DNA of 64,000 bases, taken from Macrostomum lignano (lineage: Eukaryota). Of this stretch, positions 37,008 through 49,000 are shown one piece after another (position 1 is the first letter of the stretch; each line of letters opens with the position of its first letter). Where the stretch lies: assembly GCA_002269645.1 (NCBI GenBank), contig NIVC01001724.1, forward strand, positions 1 to 64,000, given 5' to 3'. The notes beneath the pieces are model-generated. The model made no database searches and was not told the DNA's origin. It was given only the letters and a program-made list of their open reading frames with translations. The position numbers were made by a program, and so were the translations under genes.

Positions 37008-40000
37008 ATGCCGTTGGTATTACGTGTTGTTATGCCACTGTTGCTGTGTGCATTGTGCTCCGACTGCCTGCCGGCTAGCAACAGCATGTACAGCCATCAG
37101 TCTGCGGACTGTGCCAGTGCCGACTTGGTGAGATGCTCGACATATTTTATCTATATTTGCGCGTATAAAACTATTCATGAAATTGGAAAAAATGATCAGC
37201 TGGTTCTACCATAGATCCATAGATATCACTGGTTACATACATGTAGTGTTTGAGGTTAAAGAGGTTAAAGCAATATGTTGGAAGATACACTCCTCACTCC
37301 GTCACTCCCTCACTCCGTCACTGCCGCACTCCGTCACTGCCTCACTCCGTCACTGCCTCACTCCGTCACTGCCTCACTCCGTCACTGCCTCACTCCGTCC
37401 CTGCCTCACTCCGTCACTGCCTCACTCCGTCACTGCCTCACTCCGTCACTGCCTCACTCCGTCACTGCCTCACTCCGTCACTGCCTCACTCCGTCACTGC
37501 CTCACTCCGTCACTGCCTCACTCCCTCACTCCGTCACTGCCTCACTCCGTCACTCCCTCACTCCGTCACTGCCGCACTCCGTCACTGCCTCACTCCGTCA
37601 CTGCCTCATTCCCTCTCTCCGTCACTCCGTCCCTCAGTCATTCCGTCACTCCCCCAACCCGTCACTTCCTCACCCTGTCACTCAGTCACTCCTTCATTCC
37701 CGCAAACTGTCACTGCCGAATATTGCTATAGCAAGACACAATCCCGAATGCAACTGCCCTGAGGCCTCGCATTGGTACTAAAAAAATATCCCAGAGCCGA
37801 TTCTGGACTTCTCTGTTGGCGTACGAGGCTTAATTTTAATTGTCGTTACGCTAAAAACTTCGAAAATTACAGTTATTAATTTAGCCTATCTTGATCTTTT
37901 TCTTTCGCTATATAAATTAGTTCGCTTCAATATACGCTCGCAGCAGTACAGTAGTCCTAGATGGTAGAAGCTTCATGCAGCTGTCATTCAATCATCGTCA
38001 TTATAGTGCAGCAACATGTCATGGTCGCTAAAAAGTTTATCTACAGTAGTTGACTACAAAATTTCGTTAGCAGAAAACAGCTCGCGATTCAACTTAGTGG
38101 CTAAGCACTAAACACTGGGGGGAGGGGGGTTCGGTCTTGTGTTTCCCACGTTCGGGCGAGCTGTGCCTGACAAAGAAGGCATTATTTTATTCGGTGCAAC
38201 AAACAAATGCATGTAAATGAAGACAAGGAACTGAGGAGGATATTTGGCGTCAGCCTGTCCCGCCGCCTCTCATCCCAGCAAAGATCCCAAGCAGAGATAG
38301 ATTTCCCAATTGTCCCCACTCGCAACCAAGGGCTCCGGTTTTGTAGCTTCATGGACTGCTAATAAGGTACAATATGGATCGGAGGTCACTAGAGCAATTT
38401 TTGGGAACCATTCACAATGTATGAGTATTGAGTAAGTAAATAGGCAATGAATGGGATACTTTACAGCATTATAAATTATGTTTAGTAAGTAACTACTTTC
38501 ACAACCCATGGACAAATAGAAGCTTAAAAATGCAGAAATTTCTCAGATTAAATAGTAGATTGTGTCTGTGGTTTTGGAGGCAGACAATGGTAGATTGTGT
38601 CGATGGTTTTGGAGGCAGACAATGGTAGATTGTGTCTATGGTTTTGGAGACAGACAATGGTAGATTGTGTCTATGGTTTTGGAGACAGACAATGGTAGAT
38701 TGTGTCTATGGTTTTGGAGACAGACAATGGTAGATTGTGTCTATGGTTTTGGAGACAGACAATGGTAGATTGTGTCGATGGTTTTGGAGGCAGACAATGG
38801 TAGATTGTGTCTATGGTTTTGGAGACAGACAATGGTAGATTGTGTCTATGGTTTTGGAGACAGACAATGGTAGATTGTGTCTATGGTTTTGGAGACAGAC
38901 AATGGTAGATTGTGTCTATGGTTTTGAGGCAGACAATGGTAGATTGTGTCTATGGTTTTGAGGCAGGCAATGGTAGATTGTGTCTATGGTTTTTGAGGCA
39001 GACAATGGTAGATTGTGTCTATGGTTTTGGAGACAGATAATGGTAGATTGTGTCTATGGTTTTGGAGACAGACAATGGTAGATTGTGTCTATGGTTTTGG
39101 AGGCAGACAATGGTAGATTGTGTCTATGGTTTTGGAGACAGACAATGGTAGATTGTGTCTATGGTTTTGAGGCAGGCATTGGTAGATTGTGTCTATGGTT
39201 TTTGAGGCAGACAATGGTAGATTGTGTCTATGGTTTTGGAGACAGACAATGGTAGATTGTGTCTATGGTTTTGAGGCAGACAATGGTAGATTGTGTCTAT
39301 GGTTTTTGAGGCAGACAATGGTAGATTGTGTCTATGGTTTTTGAGGCAGACAATGGTAGATTGTGTCTATGGTTTTGGAGACAGATAATGGTAGATTGTG
39401 TCTATGGTTTTGAGGCAGACAATGGTAGATTGTGTCTATGGTTTTGGAGGCAGACAATGGTAGATTGTGTCTATGGTTTTGGAGACAGACAATGGTAGAT
39501 TGTGTCTATGGTTTTGAGGCAGACAATGGTATATTGTGTCTATGGTTTTGAGGCAGACAATGGTAGATTGTGTCTATGGTTTTGGAGGCAGACAATGGTA
39601 GATTGTGTCTATGGTTTTGGAGTCAGGCAATGGTAGATTGTGTCTATGGTTTTTGAGTCAGACAATGGTAGATTGTGTCTATGGTTTTGGAGTCAGACAA
39701 TGGTAGATTGTGTCTATGGTTTTGGAGTCAGACAATGGTAGATTGTGTCTATGGTTTTGGAGACAGACAATGGTAGATTGTGTCTATGGTTTTGGAGTCA
39801 GACAATGGTAGATTGTGTCTATGGTTTTGGAGACAGACAATGGTAGATTGTGTCTATGGTTTTGAGGCAGACAATGGTAGATTGTGTCTATGGTTTTGAG
39901 GCAGACAATGGTAGATTGTGTCTATGGTTTTTGAGGCAGACAATGGTAGATTGTGTCTATGGTTTTGGAGTCAGACAATGGTAGATTGTGTCTATGGTTT

Positions 40001-43000
40001 TGGAGACAGACAATGGTAGATTGTGTCTATGGTTTTGGAGTCAGGCAATGGTAGATTGTGTCTATGGTTTTTGAGGCAGACAATGGTAGATTGTGTCTAT
40101 GGTTTTGGAGACAGACAAGGATTGATATTTCACGAGTAGAGAGAAGCCACTAATCTTGTCTATGACAAAACCATATACACAAGCACATTGTCTCATGAAT
40201 GTTGCGTTGAATAATGAGCCTAGATCCTAAGACAATGATCCATGCATGACAACATAAAATAAGTAATGAGTTGCTTTTTCTCAAAATTAAATATTAAATT
40301 AAATTCTACTAATATCCACCTTATTGTACCTGGTACATTGTTGACTGTTGCCTCCAGTCCAGATGCTTTGCGCCAGGAGTCCATGCTTCCTTTCCCACCG
40401 GACCGGATCCGGATATGACACTAATACTGCAGCAAAGCACACCCCATGTTATATTTCATATATAGTAAGCGAAGCCCTCAAAGTCTGTCTGTAAGCAGAT
40501 TTTGAGACTAGTCTGAGAATTGATATTTAAAGAAGAATTAGTGCGACGATTACATTAGAAAGGGGCCGGTGTGTCTGACCCCCCCCCACCTTGACAAGCA
40601 TGACAAGACAAATTAACAACATGTAGTCATGCCAGTCCTAGAGCAGACAGGGTGGAAGCGAGAGCAGAATCTGAGAAATGCTTAATACTCGCACAGTTTA
40701 TATGGTGACGGTTGTTAAACAGTGAGGCAGTAAAATGAGTAATTTTGTACCGTAAAATCAATATCAAATTTTCATAAACTATAAAGGGGATGTCAACTTA
40801 AGCACCAGAATGGAGCCCGAAGTTTAGCTCCGGACCAAACCGACTGCAATCGATAACTTGTCGGCCCAGACGACTAGAATCGCCGAGACATCCCATCCGG
40901 CTCCCTTCCTTGGGGTCCCAGGGGATAAAGGGGATAAAATGGGGATCTCATGTCAACTTAAGGCTCTGGAATGGAGCCCGAAGTTCAGCTCCGGCCCAAA
41001 CCGACTGCAATCGATAACTTGTCGGCCCAGACGACTAGAATCGCCGAGACATCCCATCCGGCTCCCTTCCTTGGGGTCCCAGGGGATAAAGGGGATAAAA
41101 TGGGGATCTCATGTCAACTTAAGGCTCTGGAATGGAGCCCGAAGTTCAGCTCCGGCCCAAACCGACTGCAATCGATAACTTGTCGGCCCAGACGACTAGA
41201 ATCGCCGAGACATCCCATCCGGCTCCCTTCCTTGGGGTCCCAGGGGATAAAGGGGATAAAATGGGGATCTCATGTCAACTTAAGGCTCTGGAATGGAGCC
41301 CGAAGTTCAGCTCCGGCCCAAACCGACTGCAATCGATAACTTGTCGGCCCAGACGACTAGAATCGCCGAGACATCCCATCCGGCTCCCTTCCTTGGGGTC
41401 CCAGGGGATAAAGGGGATAAAATGGGGATCTCATGTCAACTTAAGGCTCTGGAATGGAGCCCGAAGTTCAGCTCCGGCCCAAACCGACTGCAATCGATAA
41501 CTTGTCGGCCCAGACGACTAGAATCGCCGAGACATCCCATCCGGCTCCCTTCCTTGGGGTCCCAGGGGATAAAGGGGATAAAATGGGGATCTCATGTCAA
41601 CTTAAGGCTCTGGAATGGAGCCCGAAGTTCAGCTCCGGCCCAAACCGACTGCAATCGATAACTTGTCGGCCCAGACGACTAGAATCGCCGAGACATCCCA
41701 TCCGGCTCCCTTCCTTGGGGTCCCAGGGGATAAAGGGGATAAAATGGGGATCTCATGTCAACTTAAGGCTCTGGAATGGAGCCCGAAGTTCAGCTCCGGC
41801 CCAAACCGACTGCAATCGATAACTTGTCGGCCCAGACGACTAGAATCGCCGAGACATCCCATCCGGCTCCCTTCCTTGGGGTCCCAGGGGATAAAGGGGA
41901 TAAAATGGGGATCTCATGTCAACTTAAGGCTCTGGAATGGAGCCCGAAGTTCAGCTCCGGCCCAAACCGACTGCAATCGATAACTTGTCGGCCCAGACGA
42001 CTAGAATCGCCGAGACATCCCATCCGGCTCCCTTCCTTGGGGTCCCAGGGGATAAAGGGGATAAAATGGGGATCTCATGTCAACTTAAGGCTCTGGAATG
42101 GAGCCCGAAGTTCAGCTCCGGCCCAAACCGACTGCAATCGATAACTTGTCGGCCCAGACGACTAGAATCGCCGAGACATCCCATCCGGCTCCCTTCCTTG
42201 GGGTCCCAGGGGATAAAGGGGATAAAATGGGGATCTCATGTCAACTTAAGGCTCTGGAATGGAGCCCGAAGTTCAGCTCCGGCCCAAACCGACTGCAATC
42301 GATAACTTGTCGGCCCAGACGACTAGAATCGCCGAGACATCCCATCCGGCTCCCTTCCTTGGGGTCCCAGGGGATAAAGGGGATAAAATGGGGATCTCAT
42401 GTCAACTTAAGGCTCTGGAATGGAGCCCGAGGTTCAGCTCCGGCCCAAACCGACTGCAATCGATAACTTGTCGGCCCAGACGACTAGAATCGCCGAGACA
42501 TCCCATCCGGCTCCCTTCCTTGGGGTCCCAGGGGATAAAGGGGATAAAATGGGGATCTCATGTCAACTTAAGGCTCTGGAATGGAGCCCGAAGTTCAGCT
42601 CCGGCCCAAACCGACTGCAATCGATAACTTGTCGGCCCAGACGACTAGAATCGCCGAGACATCCCATCCGGCTCCCTTCCTTGGGGTCCCAGGGGATAAA
42701 GGGGATAAAATGGGGATCTCATGTCAACTTAAGGCTCTGGAATGGAGCCCGAAGTTCAGCTCCGGCCCAAACCGACTGCAATCGATAACTTGTCGGCCCA
42801 GACGACTAGAATCGCCGAGACATCCCATCCGGCTCCCTTCCTTGGGGTCCCAGGGGATAAAGGGGATAAAATGGGGATCTCATGTCAACTTAAGGCTCTG
42901 GAATGGAGCCCGAGGTTCAGCTCCGGCCCAAACCGACTGCAATCGATAACTTGTCGGCCCAGACGACTAGAATCGCCGAGACATCCCATCCGGCTCCCTT

Positions 43001-46000
43001 CCTTGGGGTCCCAGGGGATAAAGGGGATAAAATGGGGATCTCATGTCAACTTAAGGCTCTGGAATGGAGCCCGAAGTTTAGCTCCGGCCCAAACCGACTG
43101 CAATCGATAACTTGTCAGCCCAGACGACTAGAATCGCCGAGACATCCCATCCGGCTCCCTTCCTTGGGGTCCCAGGGGATAAAGGGGATAAAATGGGGAT
43201 CTCATGTCAACTTAAGGCTCTGGAATGGAGCCCGAAGTTCAGCTCCGGCCCAAACCGACTGCAATCGATAACTTGTCGGCCCAGACGACTAGAATCGCCG
43301 AGACATCCCATCCGGCTCCCTTCCTTGGGGTCCCAGGGGATAAAGGGGATAAAATGGGGATCTCATGTCAACTTAAGGCTCTGGAATGGAGCCCGAAGTT
43401 CAGCTCCGGCCCAAACCGACTGCAATCGATAACTTGTCGGCCCAGACGACTAGAATCGCCGAGACATCCCATCCGGCTCCCTTCCTTGGGGTCCCAGGGG
43501 ATAAAGGGGATAAAATGGGGATCTCATGTCAACTTAAGGCTCTGGAATGGAGCCCGAAGTTTAGCTCCGGCCCAAACCGACTGCAATCGATAACTTGTCG
43601 GCCCAGACGACTAGAATCGCCGAGACATCCCATCCGGCTCCCTTCCTTGGGCTGACTGAAACTCCTCTCGCTGGCCCCTAAACTGTTGCTCAGTAGGCTT
43701 TCGCTGCTGTGGTAATGCGTTTTCTCTAGCATAAAGTCTGGCAACAAGGCTGCGTGGAAGAGCGAAATCAACAAAGCGAAGGCCGGCACCAGACCTTCGA
43801 TAGCTACATATGTATCTTGGTGGTAAGCGTAGCAGCCCAGGAGTTTGAGCACTGCCATTACGCTCGTACATGACAATCGCAGCCTGCAGTCCTACTTCCT
43901 GCTTTTGCTGACGAGTAGAAGCCAGGAAGAAGTTGCAATCCTGGATCTCTAAAACCAAAGCGATTGTCCGCTGCTGTCACACACTCTAAGAATCACGCGG
44001 TAGGATTTTGAATTATGGCGCGAGAAAACGACAGCTAGAAAAATCAAGACGGATGCCACCGACCGAATCGGTTGCTCCAGTTTTCTAGCGGCGTCGCTTG
44101 CCGAAACTTCCAACACTCCCGGCGGCTTGGATGTGTAACTCAAAGTCTCTCCAGGAGTCACCTTCGTAGCTATCGAGAACCTCCTTGACAGGAATGTTTT
44201 GAATGTAATAATCGGCTTGATTTAGTTGATACGGATCCACCGAAACCTCTGACAAATTCACTGTGTGAATTCGGGGAACCCCGAGCTTTTTGGATCCAGC
44301 GGGTTGACAGCAATCCATGCCCTTGTGTTAGCAGGGGGGCACGCTTCAGATCACAGTTGAAGTGCAGCTGCTCAATTTCGTTCAGTTCGTTGGACAAGAG
44401 CACTCGGCGCATGAAATTCTGACCGAATTCGAACAACGATAGCCCTGTCCATGACGGTGGAGCTGTTTAAATGATTCAAAACCTGGATGCGCCCGGTTGT
44501 ACTTTGCCATCGAGGTCTCGATAACAACGTCTAATCGGCTGGGCTCACTGAAGCCGGCTGACGGCAGCCACTGATACGGTTTGTGCCTCTCGTTAACACA
44601 TTTGTCCTGCTTAATGGCAGCAAAGCAGCACATAGCGGAACATAGTGGCACAGCGGATGTCTCTGCGATTCTAGTCGTCTGGGCCGACAAGTTATCGATT
44701 GCAGTCGGTTTGGGCCGGAGCTGAACTTCGGGCTCCATTCCAGAGCCTTAAGTTGACATGAGATCCCCATTTTATCCCCTTTATCCCCTGGGACCCCAAG
44801 GAAGGGAGCCGGATGGGATGTCTCGGCGATTCTAGTCGTCTGGGCCGACAAGTTATCGATTGCAGTCGGTTTGGGCCGGAGCTGAACTTCGGGCTCCATT
44901 CCAGAGCCTTAAGTTGACATGAGATCCCCATTTTATCCCCTTTATCCCCTGGGACCCCAAGGAAGGGAGCCGGATGGGATGTCTCGGCGATTCTAGTCGT
45001 CTGGGCCGACAAGTTATCGATTGCAGTCGGTTTGGGCCGGAGCTGAACTTCGGGCTCCATTCCAGAGCCTTAAGTTGACATGAGATCCCCATTTTATCCC
45101 CTTTATCCCCTGGGACCCCAAGGAAGGGAGCCGGATGGGATGTCTCGGCGATTCTAGTCGTCTGGGCCGACAAGTTATCGATTGCAGTCGGTTTGGGCCG
45201 GAGCTGAACTTCGGGCTCCATTCCAGAGCCTTAAGTTGACATGAGATCCCCATTTTATCCCCTTTATCCCCTGGGACCCCAAGGAAGGGAGCCGGATGGG
45301 ATGTCTCGGCGATTCTAGTCGTCTGGGCCGACAAGTTATCGATTGCAGTCGGTTTGGGCCGGAGCTGAACTTCGGGCTCCATTCCAGAGCCTTAAGTTGA
45401 CATGAGATCCCCATTTTATCCCCTTTATCCCCTGGGACCCCAAGGAAGGGAGCCGGATGGGATGTCTCGGCGATTCTAGTCGTCTGGGCCGACAAGTTAT
45501 CGATTGCAGTCGGTTTGGGCCGGAGCTGAACTTCGGGCTCCATTCCAGAGCCTTAAGTTGACATGAGATCCCCATTTTATCCCCTTTATCCCCTGGGACC
45601 CCAAGGAAGGGAGCCGGATGGGATGTCTCGGCGATTCTAGTCGTCTGGGCCGACAAGTTATCGATTGCAGTCGGTTTGGGCCGGAGCTGAACTTCGGGCT
45701 CCATTCCAGAGCCTTAAGTTGACATGAGATCCCCATTTTATCCCCTTTATCCCCTGGGACCCCAAGGAAGGGAGCCGGATGGGATGTCTCGGCGATTCTA
45801 GTCGTCTGGGCCGACAAGTTATCGATTGCAGTCGGTTTGGGCCGGAGCTGAACTTCGGGCTCCATTCCAGAGCCTTAAGTTGACATGAGATCCCCATTTT
45901 ATCCCCTTTATCCCCTGGGACCCCAAGGAAGGGAGCCGGATGGGATGTCTCGGCGATTCTAGTCGTCTGGGCCGACAAGTTATCGATTGCAGTCGGTTTG

Positions 46001-49000
46001 GGCCGGAGCTGAACTTCGGGCTCCATTCCAGAGCCTTAAGTTGACATGAGATCCCCATTTTATCCCCTTTATCCCCTGGGACCCCAAGGAAGGGAGCCGG
46101 ATGGGATGTCTCGGCGATTCTAGTCGTCTGGGCCGACAAGTTATCGATTGCAGTCGGTTTGGGCCGGAGCTGAACTTCGGGCTCCATTCCAGAGCCTTAA
46201 GTTGACATGAGATCCCCATTTTATCCCCTTTATCCCCTGGGACCCCAAGGAAGGGAGCCGGATGGGATGTCTCGGCGATTCTAGTCGTCTGGGCCGACAA
46301 GTTATCGATTGCAGTCGGTTTGGGCCGGAGCTGAACTTCGGGCTCCATTCCAGAGCCTTAAGTTGACATGAGATCCCCATTTTATCCCCTTTATCCCCTG
46401 GGACCCCAAGGAAGGGAGCCGGATGGGATGTCTCGGCGATTCTAGTCGTCTGGGCCGACAAGTTATCGATTGCAGTCGGTTTGGGCCGGAGCTGAACTTC
46501 GGGCTCCATTCCAGAGCCTTAAGTTGACATGAGATCCCCATTTTATCCCCTTTATCCCCTGGGACCCCAAGGAAGGGAGCCGGATGGGATGTCTCGGCGA
46601 TTCTAGTCGTCTGGGCCGACAAGTTATCGATTGCAGTCGGTTTGGGCCGGAGCTGAACTTCGGGCTCCATTCCAGAGCCTTAAGTTGACATGAGATCCCC
46701 ATTTTATCCCCTTTATCCCCTGGGACCCCAAGGAAGGGAGCCGGATGGGATGTCTCGGCGATTCTAGTCGTCTGGGCCGACAAGTTATCGATTGCAGTCG
46801 GTTTGGGCCGGAGCTGAACTTCGGGCTCCATTCCAGAGCCTTAAGTTGACATGAGATCCCCATTTTATCCCCTTTATCCCCTGGGACCCCAAGGAAGGGA
46901 GCCGGATGGGATGTCTCGGCGATTCTAGTCGTCTGGGCCGACAAGTTATCGATTGCAGTCGGTTTGGGCCGGAGCTGAACTTCGGGCTCCATTCCAGAGC
47001 CTTAAGTTGACATGAGATCCCCATTTTATCCCCTTTATCCCCTGGGACCCCAAGGAAGGGAGCCGGATGGGATGTCTCGGCGATTCTAGTCGTCTGGGCC
47101 GACAAGTTATCGATTGCAGTCGGTTTGGGCCGGAGCTGAACTTCGGGCTCCATTCCAGAGCCTTAAGTTGACATGAGATCCCCATTTTATCCCCTTTATC
47201 CCCTGGGACCCCAAGGAAGGGAGCCGGATGGGATGTCTCGGCGATTCTAGTCGTCTGGGCCGACAAGTTATCGATTGCAGTCGGTTTGGGCCGGAGCTGA
47301 ACTTCGGGCTCCATTCCAGAGCCTTAAGTTGACATGAGATCCCCATTTTATCCCCTTTATCCCCTGGGACCCCAAGGAAGGGAGCCGGATGGGATGTCTC
47401 GGCGATTCTAGTCGTCTGGGCCGACAAGTTATCGATTGCAGTCGGTTTGGGCCGGAGCTGAACTTCGGGCTCCATTCCAGAGCCTTAAGTTGACATGAGA
47501 TCCCCATTTTATCCCCTTTATCCCCTGGGACCCCAAGGAAGGGAGCCGGATGGGATGTCTCGGCGATTCTAGTCGTCTGGGCCGACAAGTTATCGATTGC
47601 AGTCGGTTTGGGCCGGAGCTGAAACTTCGGGCTCCATTCCAGAGCCTTAAGTTGACATGAGATCCCCATTTTATCCCCTTTATCCCCTGGGACCCCAAGG
47701 AAGGGAGCCGGATGGGATGTCTCGGCGATTCTAGTCGTCTGGGCCGACAAGTTATCGATTGCAGTCGGTTTGGGCCGGAGCTGAACTTCGGGCTCCATTC
47801 CAGAGCCTTAAGTTGAAATGAGATCCCCATTTTATCCCCTTTATCCCCTGGGACCCCAAGGAAGGGAGCCGGATGGGATGTCTCGGCGATTCTAGTCGTC
47901 TGGGCCGACAAGTTATCGATTGCAGTCGGTTTGGGCCGGAGCTAAACTTCGGGCTCCATTCCAGAGCCTTAAGTTGACATGAGATCCCCATTTTATCCCC
48001 TTTATCCCCTGGGACCCCAAGGAAGGGAGCCGGATGGGATGTCTCGGCGATTCTAGTCGTCTGGGCCGACAAGTTATCGATTGCAGTCGGTTTGGGCCGG
48101 AGCTGAACTTCGGGCTCCATTCCAGAGCCTTAAGTTGACATGAGATCCCCATTTTATCCCCTTTATCCCCTGGGACCCCAAGGAAGGGAGCCGGATGGGA
48201 TGTCTCGGCGATTCTAGTCGTCTGGGCCGACAAGTTATCGATTGCAGTCGGTTTGGGCCGGAGCTGAAACTTCGGGCTCCATTCCAGAGCCTTAAGTTGA
48301 CATGAGATCCCCATTTTATCCCCTTTATCCCCTGGGACCCCAAGGAAGGGAGCCGGATGGGATGTCTCGGCGATTCTAGTCGTCTGGGCCGACAAGTTAT
48401 CGATTGCAGTCGGTTTGGGCCGGAGCTGAACTTCGGGCTCCATTCCAGAGCCTTAAGTTGAATGAGATCCCCATTTTATCCCCTTTATCCCCTGGGACCC
48501 CAAGGAAGGGAGCCGGATGGGATGTCTCGGCGATTCTAGTCGTCTGGGCCGACAAGTTATCGATTGCAGTCGGTTTGGGCCGGAGCTGAACTTCGGGCTC
48601 CATTCCAGAGCCTTAAGTTGACATGAGATCCCCATTTTATCCCCTTTATCCCCTGGGACCCCAAGGAAGGGAGCCGGATGGGATGTCTCGGCGATTCTAG
48701 TCGTCTGGGCCGACAAGTTATCGATTGCAGTCGGTTTGGGCCGGAGCTGAACTTCGGGCTCCATTCCAGAGCCTTAAGTTGACATGAGATCCCCATTTTA
48801 TCCCCTTTATCCCCTGGGACCCCAAGGAAGGGAGCCGGATGGGATGTCTCGGCGATTCTAGTCGTCTGGGCCGACAAGTTATCGATTGCAGTCGGTTTGG
48901 TCCGGAGCTGAACCTCGGGCTCCATTCTGGTGCTTAAGTTGACATCCCCTTATCACAGACCTGAAATATCACAGACCTGAAATATCACAAACCTGAAATA

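Larger units (their letters stand above)
40784..48950. mobile_element. Foldback-type DNA transposon: inverted 161-bp tandem arrays flanking a 1-kb core
   Basis: Left array 40784-43651 (~18 units) and right array 44655-48950 (~27 units) are reverse complements. Both outermost units share private variants (AGGGGATGTCAACTTAAGCACCAGAATGG; GGACCAAACC) that are absent from internal units. Confidence 0.85.

Noticed and set aside
44080-44340. Plus-strand non-LTR endonuclease-like reading (LPTLPAAWMCNSKSL…)
   Set aside because: Only one weak motif, whereas the minus strand gives several ordered transposase motifs.
40858-48925. Dozens of identical 122-aa ORFs
   Set aside because: They are translations of the 161-bp satellite (non-3n period, overlapping frames), not genes.
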